Of a stretch of DNA of 64,000 bases, positions 27,455 through 36,642 are shown piece by piece; positions within the stretch are counted from its first letter, which is position 1, and each line of letters begins with the position of its first letter. The notes under the pieces were generated by a model. It did not search any database, was not told the origin of the DNA, and saw only the letters and a program-made list of their open reading frames with translations. Made by a program: the position numbers and the translations under genes. Location of the stretch: IMG/VR virus record IMGVR_UViG_3300046808_001035; one strand, given 5' to 3'. The stretch comes from a virus.

Positions 27455-27756
27455 AGTATTTTAATGTTGTCGTAACTGTTAGCTTGCTGAAGTTGTAGTT
27501 GAACTACGTCTTTAATGTCGAAAGTTTCTTGCACTACTTTAACGAAACTTTCAAATGTCATGGTTATCGGATCTTTGGTTTCTGTAGTTATTATGATGTG
27601 TCGCTCAATAGTGTCAATTTTTGATATCTCACCATTAGCTACCTCACAATACGGAAGCACGATCATCTCATCGTCTCCACGAAACTTCACAGACAACATA
27701 TCGTGTCTCGGAACTTCGTCGAGCATTCCAGAGTCGTCGGGTTTAAAATCACTCAT
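27451..27756 (-). CDS. Hypothetical protein
   Basis: 101-aa ORF. Confidence 0.65.
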   Translation of the reverse strand: MSDFKPDDSGMLDEVPRHDMLSVKFRGDDEMIVLPYCEVANGEISKIDTIERHIIITTETKDPITMTFESFVKVVQETFDIKDVVQLQLQQANSYDNIKIL

Positions 27757-27758
27757 AT

Positions 27759-28763
27759 TTACACGCTTAGCTTGCGGAAATACTCGCCACTTACGTTAGC
27801 TACATCTGTAAGAGATTCAGCTTCTTTAACAATCGTTGTGAGATGCTGCTGAAGCTGGCTAAGAGCTTCTTTATCTGTGCCGAAGTCGCGATCTCCTGTA
27901 AGCAGCTTTTCTACTTTCTGAAGTTCATTTTCAATAGCTCTGTCATCAACAAAGTTCATCTGCCTGAACTCATGAATATGCTTCATGAGTGTGCGAATGT
28001 TAGCATCGCTGACGACTTCCTTCTTACTAATCTTTTTAAGTGTTACACTACAATGCTCAGCAATAGTAGTGCGCAATGTAGACGTAACCTGACCCACAAA
28101 GTCATTGATCTTACTCATGTGAGTTTCAAGCTGTCGGTTATACTCTTGTTTGTATTGCGAAGTAGCTTCTTCTTTTGCTAGAGTTACTACAGCTTCACGA
28201 TCAATCTCGGTCTGGAGATCTACCTCAGCGAAAGCTGCAGGCAAAGCAATCTCGAAACTTACAATATCAAGATAGAACTTCTGTCTGATTGTAGCGAGAG
28301 GAGGATAGTAGTTTGCAAGATCCTCAACATTCACAGTATCCTTGTGCTCCTGGTAATATTCGATAACCTCACGCTTGTAGTCTTCATACTTCTCGACGAA
28401 CTCGTCAACCATAAGCATATACTCATCACGCAGCTCGTTTAGCTTACGATAGACCTCAGCGTATTTTGTCTTCGGTACGAAGTGTGCCTGACTAACAAGA
28501 GGAAAGTCAAAAGAGTTCGTATAAAGGTACTTACGAATCTTTTGCTCGTGATTCTTGAACTTGTTATACACGGCAGGTTTGATGAGCATCTTTTTGCCAA
28601 GCTTGATTGTTTCAGGAAGCTTGTTGTCGAGCTTGATGTCTTCTTCTGTGAGGTTGTAGCTCATACCCCACATACCAATATGAATATTGACCAGGCGGCC
28701 ATCCTGAAAAACCTTGTCGTAGTACTTTTGAAGTGTGTCGGTGATTTTGTAGTTGTTGTCCAT
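27759..28763 (-). CDS. DUF3150-like protein
   Basis: IGMW, LGKK.LI, FVP, YP...I..KF pattern, long helical C-terminus; module context. Confidence 0.65.
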   Translation of the reverse strand: MDNNYKITDTLQKYYDKVFQDGRLVNIHIGMWGMSYNLTEEDIKLDNKLPETIKLGKKMLIKPAVYNKFKNHEQKIRKYLYTNSFDFPLVSQAHFVPKTKYAEVYRKLNELRDEYMLMVDEFVEKYEDYKREVIEYYQEHKDTVNVEDLANYYPPLATIRQKFYLDIVSFEIALPAAFAEVDLQTEIDREAVVTLAKEEATSQYKQEYNRQLETHMSKINDFVGQVTSTLRTTIAEHCSVTLKKISKKEVVSDANIRTLMKHIHEFRQMNFVDDRAIENELQKVEKLLTGDRDFGTDKEALSQLQQHLTTIVKEAESLTDVANVSGEYFRKLSV

Positions 28764-28795
28764 AATTAGTATTTTGCGTTTTTTGTTGTTTAGCT

Positions 28796-29362
28796 CTAGT
28801 CGTTACCAATAGCAATGCTGAGTTTGCGCATGTTTTTCTGCACATCTGCGATAGGGTCACCTTGGGTAGTAATCATCACCAATTTACCTTGCGCTTGCTT
28901 GCGCATGGTTTTCAGGTCTTCTTCATGGCTAACAGAGAAAGGAATGAACTCTGCAAGCACATCAGTAAGATAGCTATCTTTAACTTCTTGTCCTGCTGAA
29001 AAAGCTTTATACATAGCGTCTTTAAACACTTCCTCAATTTCTGCACCTGTAAAACCTTCTGAGCCGTTAACTAGCGATTTAAGGCTGAAGTTCTGAGGAT
29101 CTCTACCATATTTCTTAATCACTACAGTAAAGATCTCTTTGCGCTCTTCTGCAGTAGGAAGGTCTAGCCAAAACAGCTGGTCGAACCTGCCCTTGCGGAT
29201 AAGTGCTGAAGGCAGCTTTGTATGATCGTTTGTAGTGGCTACAATGAACGCAGGATTATTCCTATCGTTGAGCCATGTAAGAAACGTACCAAAGATACGA
29301 CTACTCACGCCACTGTCGCCAGAACCACTTACAGCGCTGTTACTCAGCGACTTCTCAATTTC
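28796..29362 (-). CDS. AAA+ ATPase (Ycf46-like), exon 2
   Basis: Begins EIEKSLS (second half of Walker B); ATTND, LIRKGRFD, GFTGAEIE. Confidence 0.88.
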   Translation of the reverse strand, partial: EIEKSLSNSAVSGSGDSGVSSRIFGTFLTWLNDRNNPAFIVATTNDHTKLPSALIRKGRFDQLFWLDLPTAEERKEIFTVVIKKYGRDPQNFSLKSLVNGSEGFTGAEIEEVFKDAMYKAFSAGQEVKDSYLTDVLAEFIPFSVSHEEDLKTMRKQAQGKLVMITTQGDPIADVQKNMRKLSIAIGND

Positions 29363-30202
29363 CAATAATGTTACGAATATACCGCTTCCGTATATTCTCT
29401 ATATGTCTCCATATAGTTCAGATCATATCTTAGTCTCTCTTTTTATTTTTGCCATACATCTAGCACAGCGCCCTTTCGAGTTATGCTTACTATCTGTTCT
29501 GTGACAGAGCACACACTGCTTGTAAGACTTAGCCCAACCATCACGTCCAGGTTTAAACCTAGATGAGATTAATTGCTCTCTATGCTCGGCTGCGTGACAA
29601 GCTCTACACAGAGTTATTAGATTAGTCATGGTGTTGTTGGGGGTTTTACTGTTTCGACCATTACCATCTATATGATGAATAATATTACCTGGGCGAAAAC
29701 ATGTCTGACATGTATGGTTATCCCGCTGTAATACGGCTTGTCTATTACCGTCAAAATATAGACGTTCCCGAGTTTCTTTGGCTTTAGGCTTCTGTTTAGT
29801 TAAATAGTGTTCTTGCTTCTGGGCAAGCACTTTAGCTCTATTCACAGGGTCATTGTGATGCTGTTTTAAATAACAATATACACATAAGCCTTTCGCCATA
29901 TGTCTACGCTCGGTGGTATTACAAACTGTGCACTTATCTGCTTTTTTGCTCCAAGGTTTCATAGTTATAATTTACCTAGAGTTGAAAAGCTTTTTAAGAG
30001 AAACTTTCAGTTTTTCGAGGTCGCTGACCCCTACGTCTTTCGACTGATCGTTGAACCTTCCTCCACTAGGGAGACTCGGCTGCTGATTGTCCAATCATAC
30101 ATGTTTTCAGACATTCACACTTACAATTACTTGTTATGTTGTAGTCATGTATGCTCTAAGGAGATCCCAGCAATTAACTGAATTTTAGATCGACCAAATT
30201 TA
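29363..30202 (-). mobile_element. Group I intron (840 nt) in AAA ATPase gene
   Basis: Exon ends GAU with P1 pairing GAUCGAU/GUCGAUC (U.G at splice site); P AATTGCTGGGA, Q AATCAGCAG, R GTTCAACGATCA, S AAGATATGATC with P7 GATCA/TGATC; terminal G; splicing restores ILID-EIEK in frame. Confidence 0.9.
29423..29962 (-). CDS. Intron-encoded HNH homing endonuclease
   Basis: RDNHTCQTC...HHIDGN..NN...NLITLCRACH..EH plus flanking W....C..C....H..KG.C..C zinc repeats. Confidence 0.9.
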   Translation of the reverse strand: MKPWSKKADKCTVCNTTERRHMAKGLCVYCYLKQHHNDPVNRAKVLAQKQEHYLTKQKPKAKETRERLYFDGNRQAVLQRDNHTCQTCFRPGNIIHHIDGNGRNSKTPNNTMTNLITLCRACHAAEHREQLISSRFKPGRDGWAKSYKQCVLCHRTDSKHNSKGRCARCMAKIKRETKI

Positions 30203-31222
30203 ATCGATCAGAATCACACACTTACCTAGACTCTCGATTGTCTTGATAGCTTCGCGCATGTTCTTCTCGCTATTACCTACCAGCGAGTCAAACATACTGC
30301 CAATATCCAAGGCAAACAAGGGACAATCGAATTCTTTGGCGATAGCTTTACAGATTAGGCTTTTGCCTGAGCCTGGGACGCTAGCCAACAACATACCCTT
30401 AGGTAAAGGTAGGTTGTACTCACGAGCATCTTTACTATACGCCTTCTTCCTGCTAGATAACCAAGTCTTGAGTCCCTGCAAACCGCCAACATTATCGAAG
30501 CTGATGTTTGGCTCAAGGTATGTCAACAGCCCGTTCTTTTTTAGCTGTGCAATCTTTTCCTGAAATACAGATTCAACAAACACGCTATCGAACCGCTTCG
30601 CTGTGATATAGGCCATAGCGAAAGCGTTCTCGACTTCGAGATTGGTCATGCCTTTAGCTGCATCTACAGCATTTTCCATGATCGTCTGATCTAGAACAAT
30701 CTGGGGCTTCTCGACAGCCTCGAGCTCTTTGTTGATGCTGTCTTTGATAAAGACCAACCTCTCTTGAATTGATGCTGCATCAGGAAGGTCATAATCGAGC
30801 AGCTGAATCTCTTTCTGTAATTCAGCAGGCACAGCAAATTTATGCCCTGTGAAAATGATCATGTTGCGCCTGCGCTTGAGACTATTCCAAGCGTTTCTCA
30901 GCAACCTAATATTTATCGTCTTGTCAAAATGCAGATGAAAATCTTTAAGTACAAAAATGTTGTCGTTGTATTTATAGTTTTGAATATACTCCAGCAAGAA
31001 TGAGGTTGTGGCTGTCTCGTCAGGATGATGTGTAGGAGTTCCTGCAGGTGCGCTTTTAACAGTTAACCCGTTCTGCAAATCCCACTCATGAATAGCTGTG
31101 TCTGGTGCGGCTTCCCGAATTGTGAGCAGGTCTCTGATAAACCTAGACTCCTCGTGAGTCAATACAAACAAGGCAGAATAGCAGGCGTTATGATAGTTTT
31201 GGATTTTAGAGATAGTGTTCAT
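30203..31222 (-). CDS. AAA+ ATPase (Ycf46-like), exon 1
   Basis: THEE.R, LKDFH, F.NVGGL..LK.W, PKGMLL..VPGSGKS; ends CVILID at the intron. Confidence 0.88.
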
Positions 31223-31225
31223 TAG

Positions 31226-31693
31226 TTATGCTTTTAGTTGTTTACGAAGTTCAGGATCTTGTACGTTGAACAGACCTACAATTGCTGAGGCTATTGTGTG
31301 AGTTAGGGTACTGTTTTGCTTTGTTGCTCGATTCTTGTAATATAATAACTCTACTACAGGCATCTTACGCTCGAGCCATTTAGCTGCGGTTAATAATGGG
31401 TGCTCTTCAGTAGAGAGCTCTAGCTCTATGGAGCTAGCAGGTATAGTTATCGGATGTTTAGCTACCACTTCATCAACTTGACCTATTACTGGAGCTATAA
31501 TTTTAGGTTTATTCTTTGAACCTTTCGGGCGACCTCTTCGTTTAGGTAAAGAAAAAGACCCTTCAGGTTGCACTGAAGGGTCTGAGTTTACGGGAACTAA
31601 CGGCTTCGGCTTATTCTTAGCGCCTTTCGGTCTGCCCCGGCCTCTTTTAACTGGTTGTACTGCTGCGTCAGGATTGTTCTCTGGGTTGGTCAT
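31226..31693 (-). CDS. AT-hook DNA-binding protein
   Basis: Two KRGRGRPKG/KRRGRPKG(A/S)KNKPK AT-hook motifs. Confidence 0.75.
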   Translation of the reverse strand: MTNPENNPDAAVQPVKRGRGRPKGAKNKPKPLVPVNSDPSVQPEGSFSLPKRRGRPKGSKNKPKIIAPVIGQVDEVVAKHPITIPASSIELELSTEEHPLLTAAKWLERKMPVVELLYYKNRATKQNSTLTHTIASAIVGLFNVQDPELRKQLKA

Positions 31694-31835
31694 CTTCTAG
31701 ACCTTTTTTTATTATTTTTCTGTCGTGTGATTTCGCAACGTCAGTATAATACTTATCTTCAAGTTCTATCTTTTCAATACGCTTATACCGGTTGCTACGA
31801 TCGCGGGATTGGTATTTTTTAGTGGTCTTGCTCAT
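31668..31835 (-). CDS. Small basic hypothetical protein (55 aa, MSKTTKKYQSRDRSNR...)
   Basis: Not in ORF track; first ORF after the promoter; overlaps AT-hook gene start. Confidence 0.5.
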   Translation of the reverse strand: MSKTTKKYQSRDRSNRYKRIEKIELEDKYYTDVAKSHDRKIIKKGLEDDQPREQS

Positions 31836-31845
31836 AATAGCTATA

Positions 31846-31854
31846 ATTATAGCA
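31846..31854 (-). promoter_or_regulatory. Extended -10 promoter for leftward early/middle genes
   Basis: TG-C-TATAAT 10 nt upstream of ATG 31835 in the divergent intergenic region. Confidence 0.55.
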
Positions 31855-32013
31855 CGTTTATGGAGCTTTGTAGACCCTGTAATATTTTTTCTTCTTGCTT
31901 ACGTCCTTATGGTTAAACATACTTCCTAGAAATACTTCTAGCGAAGAACTGAAAAATCCGAACAGACTTGGACCGTGAACCCCTTTCTTGGTTAGTTTAT
32001 TTTTTCTGCGACT

Positions 32014-33729
32014 ATGACTGGACATGATAAAATTACAGATACGATTAAAAAGCTACTTGGCAAGAATAGTGCTAAGAGCACTTTCCTTGCTAGGCAGCTC
32101 ATGTTTTCGGTACTACCAGCCTCGCATTTTGTAGAGAATTACCTCTACGATAACGAAGGCAGGCTGCAGTCGTTAGACGCTTTCCCGATGCTGAAGCATA
32201 TCTATGACAATATACCTCAGAAGCTCATACTTAAATGCAGTCGCAAGACTTTGAAGTCAACACTACTGAGTAATTTTATATGTCTGAATTTAATTAGATG
32301 GAACTACTTCAAGATGATGTATGTAGGTCCTCAGGAGTTAACTACGAAATACTTTTCGAGTAACTATATACCTCCCAGGTTTGAGAGTCCTAAGATTAAA
32401 AATTTATTATTAAAAGGATGGTTTAAGAATGATGTATTTGAGAAGATATTAGACGATACGCATAGTAGTGTTTTGTTCAGGTACGTGAGTGATGATGCTA
32501 CAAGAACTCGCGGACCAGCTATTGACTGTGTTGTTTACGATGAAATACAAGACATTCAACACGATCAAATTCCGATTATTCAAGAGACGATGGCTATGTC
32601 TCCATATAAGCGAGAAATATTTGCAGGTACCCCCTTGGATAGTACAAACACTATTCACAGAATATGGAAATCTAGCAATCAGCTTGAATGGATGATGAAG
32701 TGTGAGCACTGCAATCACTGGAACTCATTAACCGAAGGTAATGAGCCTCTCAAGATGATCCAGCCTCACGGGTTTAGCTGTTCTAAATGCGCCAAGAAGC
32801 TTAACTCCAGGAATGGAGAATGGGTAAGTATGAACCCTGGAAGTTCATTGCTTACAGGCTATCACCTAGCGCAACCACTATTGCCGCATTTTAATGAAGA
32901 TCCCAAAGAATGGCGCGAGATCTACGAAAAGGTGCATAGCGGTAAAAACGATCTTAGAGTAGTAATGAATGAGACGTTTGGTCTTACCTATGATATAGGA
33001 AGCAAACCTATCACTCAGGAAGAGCTTGTTAAGATATGTACATTAGGTCCTCAGTTTGAAGGTGGAAATGAGAACAATCTAGCTATTCTAGCTCGCAACA
33101 AAAGCATGTATCGCATGTATACTATGGGTGTCGACTGGGGAGTGAGTATGAGTCAATCACGCACAGTAGCTACCCTAGGAGGAATGCGTAGTGATGGAAT
33201 CTTTGAGGTATTCTTCGCCAAAATATACAGGGGCTTCGACTATGAGGCGCATATCAGAGACATGGCTATAAAAGCAAATAGCGTTAATGCTTTCTGTGTT
33301 TCGGATAGCGGGCCTGATCCTATTCGAGGAATCAAGCTATGTGAGCTTACAAGCACCTCAAGGTCACAGATGGCTGCATATAGAAGGACAAAAACAATTC
33401 AGCACTTCGAGCCTGGAGTTTATGACTGGAGGCAAAACCGCTGGGTGTTGCACAGGTCTGATGTTATATCGCTGGTTATCAGACAACTCAAAGCAGGAAA
33501 AATACTATTTCCTCAATGGAGTGACGTGTCAGAATATATGCAGGACCTCTTGAATATCTTTATTGAGGTGCGTGATGGTCTATATGGACAAGAGCTTATT
33601 TATGACCATCACCCAAAACAGCCAGATGATGCTATGCACAGTCTAGTCTTTGCAATATGCGCAGCATATCTGGCTACAGGAGATGCAGGATTGATAGGTC
33701 CTAGCTCGTCAGCTAGGGAAGAGCCCTAG
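32014..33729 (+). CDS. Terminase large subunit (GpA-like)
   Basis: LKCSRKTLKST Walker A-like, RG, VYDEIQD, AGTP, C..C/C..C zinc insert, nuclease GVDWG, SDSG, PDDAMHS. Confidence 0.88.
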   Translation: MTGHDKITDTIKKLLGKNSAKSTFLARQLMFSVLPASHFVENYLYDNEGRLQSLDAFPMLKHIYDNIPQKLILKCSRKTLKSTLLSNFICLNLIRWNYFKMMYVGPQELTTKYFSSNYIPPRFESPKIKNLLLKGWFKNDVFEKILDDTHSSVLFRYVSDDATRTRGPAIDCVVYDEIQDIQHDQIPIIQETMAMSPYKREIFAGTPLDSTNTIHRIWKSSNQLEWMMKCEHCNHWNSLTEGNEPLKMIQPHGFSCSKCAKKLNSRNGEWVSMNPGSSLLTGYHLAQPLLPHFNEDPKEWREIYEKVHSGKNDLRVVMNETFGLTYDIGSKPITQEELVKICTLGPQFEGGNENNLAILARNKSMYRMYTMGVDWGVSMSQSRTVATLGGMRSDGIFEVFFAKIYRGFDYEAHIRDMAIKANSVNAFCVSDSGPDPIRGIKLCELTSTSRSQMAAYRRTKTIQHFEPGVYDWRQNRWVLHRSDVISLVIRQLKAGKILFPQWSDVSEYMQDLLNIFIEVRDGLYGQELIYDHHPKQPDDAMHSLVFAICAAYLATGDAGLIGPSSSAREEP

Positions 33730-33730
33730 T

Positions 33731-34873
33731 CTAAAAGAAACCTACTCTCTTTTCTTCTTCTTTAACGTACCCGGTTTCTACTTCCAGATTGTATATATCA
33801 GCAAGAGTCATGCTCTCGGTAATGCTAGCGCGTGGTAAGTTTAAAGAATCAGCTAGCTTGCAGGCCTGCTCTTTAGACAGCTTGCCGAACTCATAACAGT
33901 GCTTGAGCCTACCTTTACGTAATAACGCTTCGTCTATCTTTTCTTTAGCTGTATTGAACGTGGCTACGACGGTTATGTTTAGTGCGTGACCAAGAAAGCC
34001 GTCAGTAAGATTCAATATAGTGGATACCAAGTCTGAGCGCCCTGACTCGTCTCGAGACACTAGAGCCTTCTCGGCGTCTTCAATTACCAATACAATATCT
34101 TTATTCTCCATCAGCAAGGGCATCATGTCTGGTGAAGTCAGGCTGGGTATCAGCCCTACAGGAATATAAACTATTTTTCTAGATACTACACCAGAGCACA
34201 GATACTTGATATACGACGACTTTCCTGTGCCTGGAGCACCGTGAAACAAATACAGTCCACTTTTTTCAGTGTTTAGTGAGTTAACAAACTTGTCACTCAA
34301 ACTCAGAAAATCTTCGCCATAGTTCAAGCTTAAATCAATCTCAGGGACGGGTACAGTCAGAGCTGAAAAAGTTAAGTCGCCGAAAGAGTTTGAAAGCATA
34401 TAGATCTTACTCTTTTCTTTAACTTTAAAGTCTTCAAGAATTGCGGCTAACGCCTTGAGCTGCTCTTTAGAGTGAGAGCAGGCCTTTATTCTCACATATA
34501 ATCCTAGAGAGGTTATCTTTGGTGTGTCGGCTATTCTACCAAACAAACCTGACTCGTAAAAAACAGCCTCTCCGTCAGGGCTTCTGAAGTCTACAGAGAT
34601 CAGCATGTTCGAAAAGGAAGAGTCTGGTTTACCTATGTATGTACCTTCCTCAAAATACTGTGTGCCTGTCTTTACAATATTTGCACTGAAATGCTCGAAC
34701 ACCTCTAATAGTTTTTCCAAGCAGGAAAACTCAAATTCTTCAGCAAAATTAAGTGCGTTAGGAATTGTTCCGAACAATACGTTAAAAACATTCTCTAGCC
34801 TTGTGGACTGTATAGCTACAGGCTTAGCGTAAAAATCTTTACCTACAACTACTGGATTGTTAAGTGGGTGCAT
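33731..34873 (-). CDS. AAA+ ATPase
   Basis: GAPGTGKS, VIEDAE, LNLTDG, ATFN, IDEALLRKGRL. Confidence 0.88.
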   Translation of the reverse strand: MHPLNNPVVVGKDFYAKPVAIQSTRLENVFNVLFGTIPNALNFAEEFEFSCLEKLLEVFEHFSANIVKTGTQYFEEGTYIGKPDSSFSNMLISVDFRSPDGEAVFYESGLFGRIADTPKITSLGLYVRIKACSHSKEQLKALAAILEDFKVKEKSKIYMLSNSFGDLTFSALTVPVPEIDLSLNYGEDFLSLSDKFVNSLNTEKSGLYLFHGAPGTGKSSYIKYLCSGVVSRKIVYIPVGLIPSLTSPDMMPLLMENKDIVLVIEDAEKALVSRDESGRSDLVSTILNLTDGFLGHALNITVVATFNTAKEKIDEALLRKGRLKHCYEFGKLSKEQACKLADSLNLPRASITESMTLADIYNLEVETGYVKEEEKRVGFF

Positions 34874-35409
34874 TCTTTTATATAGTCTACAGTTATTCTT
34901 AATTTTTCGTCGAATATCTCCTGCAGGGCGGTATTCTTGTCGTCGTCATTACCTTCGCGCTCGTTCATAATGGCTTTAGGAAAGAGCTTCGGAGGCTTGT
35001 GCATGCCGTAATTATGGAATATTTGCCCAGCATATACACGAATCTCAGGAGAGAAGTCCATATCCTCGTGCTTTATTAGATAGGCTTCTGTCATTCCACA
35101 AATTAACTCCTCTGCTTCCAGAGGATTGAGCTCATCCATATCGTCGTGCTGATGGTTGATCAGATAATTGAGAGTCTCAAACACTTGGATGTTGGTTTCG
35201 TACAAGTCTGTGGTCAGCAGCGTAATTCCTGCCTGTATCTTGTCTGACTGCAGATCTGGTAGTTCGCAAGACAAGTCAGTCTGTAGTTCTGCTTTAAGAA
35301 CGAGAGGTTCCCAAGAGTAGCATTCTTTGCCGTATAAGGTTGTAATAAGCCACAGCAAAGCAACTACAGGAGCTTTAGGGTCTGAAACAATTTGTTTATG
35401 TGATTTCAT
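34849..35409 (-). CDS. Hypothetical protein (possible head-associated)
   Basis: 186-aa ORF near terminase. Confidence 0.75.
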   Translation of the reverse strand: MKSHKQIVSDPKAPVVALLWLITTLYGKECYSWEPLVLKAELQTDLSCELPDLQSDKIQAGITLLTTDLYETNIQVFETLNYLINHQHDDMDELNPLEAEELICGMTEAYLIKHEDMDFSPEIRVYAGQIFHNYGMHKPPKLFPKAIMNEREGNDDDKNTALQEIFDEKLRITVDYIKECTHLTIQ

Positions 35410-35505
35410 CCGAATATAGAGTATAGCGCTAGCAGTGATAGCGTCAAGATTACTAGGTCATCAAGGTTAAAGTTGGCTTTGCTCACTGGGTAAGAGTTGT
35501 ATAGT

Positions 35506-35548
35506 AAAAACCCGCCCTGTGTGCGCATCGTTGAGAGGCGGGGCGGGT
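35506..35548 (-). terminator. Possible rho-independent terminator
   Basis: ACCCGCCC/GGGCGGGT stem with large loop, followed by T-run on minus strand after the 350-aa gene. Confidence 0.5.
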
Positions 35549-35571
35549 CTTGATTACTGGCTTTTTGGTTG

Positions 35572-36624
35572 CTATATAGGTCTGAGTCCTGTGATCTCCT
35601 CAAGCAGCTTAACATCGCTTCTGGGCATCGTTGGAAGAATTTCAGCAATCTTTTCAGGGTCTGCCGGATCAATCCCGCTATCCCCAAAAGCTTCTTCATA
35701 CTTATCTTTACTAATCTTAGTGAGATCAGCTATGCGATACTTATCGCCATGAACCTCTACAAAAGATAGGTCAGAAGCAATCTTGGTGATGCTCTCAGTA
35801 AAGAAAGAGTCTACAGGATCTCCGAGAATGCTTGCGACTTTAACCTTCTCATAAAGACCTTCCATCGTCTCGATGTTATAGCAAGTTTCGGCGATCTTCA
35901 TAACTTCGTCGATACTTGTCATGTTGGAGACGTCTTCTGCAATCTTATTGTAAATTTCTTTGTGCTCCTCGCTAGCTAGCTTGGTGCTACGTCTCCAGAG
36001 CTCAGAAGCTACATTAGCGAGATCAGGATAATACAAGCCTGCATACTTAGCGAGAATGTCTGGCAGTTCATCAACATCTAACTCTCTGGCGGCTTTGACA
36101 AAATTCTCAGCAGATTTAACTCTAACATCGAAAGGAAAGTTTTTAATGTTATCTGAAAAATGCTTAGCAGATACTACTAGGTCTTCGGCAGTTTTAACTG
36201 GGTAAAGCTGCATATGAGGAAGACCGTCGACATGAAAATCGACCATGTATTCTTCAGGATAATCTGCAGCTGTTTTTTCATTAAAGCTGGATTGATAGTC
36301 TTCCAGGTCAGAAGAAATGTCGAATACTTCCGCAGCCTCTTTGATTTTTGATTCAAGTTGACTTACGTAAGCTTCTCCGTATAACTTTTGAATATCGGCT
36401 TTTTTATGTATCAGATGGGCGTTAGATACGTACACTCTGTCAGGAGTGTTGATTGGATATATGCGCCTGTCTTGATCTGCAAAAGCTGTTTTTGGCAACC
36501 CAGACAATTCGTAAGCATCCTCAAGTTCCGCAGTTTTAACATAGTCAGGAAGGTTAACTCCTGAAAACATACGGTAGAGTTCCTTGCCCGAATAGTCTGA
36601 TTGTTGGTCAAATGCAATTTTCAT
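35572..36624 (-). CDS. Hypothetical protein with repeated K-x-A motifs (possible virion head protein)
   Basis: 350 aa; VKTAE, EKTAA, TKLAS, VKVAS, TKIAS etc. Confidence 0.75.
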   Translation of the reverse strand: MKIAFDQQSDYSGKELYRMFSGVNLPDYVKTAELEDAYELSGLPKTAFADQDRRIYPINTPDRVYVSNAHLIHKKADIQKLYGEAYVSQLESKIKEAAEVFDISSDLEDYQSSFNEKTAADYPEEYMVDFHVDGLPHMQLYPVKTAEDLVVSAKHFSDNIKNFPFDVRVKSAENFVKAARELDVDELPDILAKYAGLYYPDLANVASELWRRSTKLASEEHKEIYNKIAEDVSNMTSIDEVMKIAETCYNIETMEGLYEKVKVASILGDPVDSFFTESITKIASDLSFVEVHGDKYRIADLTKISKDKYEEAFGDSGIDPADPEKIAEILPTMPRSDVKLLEEITGLRPI

Positions 36625-36642
36625 ATTTCTTGAATTATAACT

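Noticed and set aside
28796-31222. Two separate AAA genes or a pseudogene
   Set aside because: Group I intron boundaries restore a single in-frame gene.
35406-35699. 97-aa ORF or a 40-aa hydrophobic peptide from ATG 35528
   Set aside because: Overlaps the 350-aa gene and runs through a terminator-like hairpin; insufficient support.
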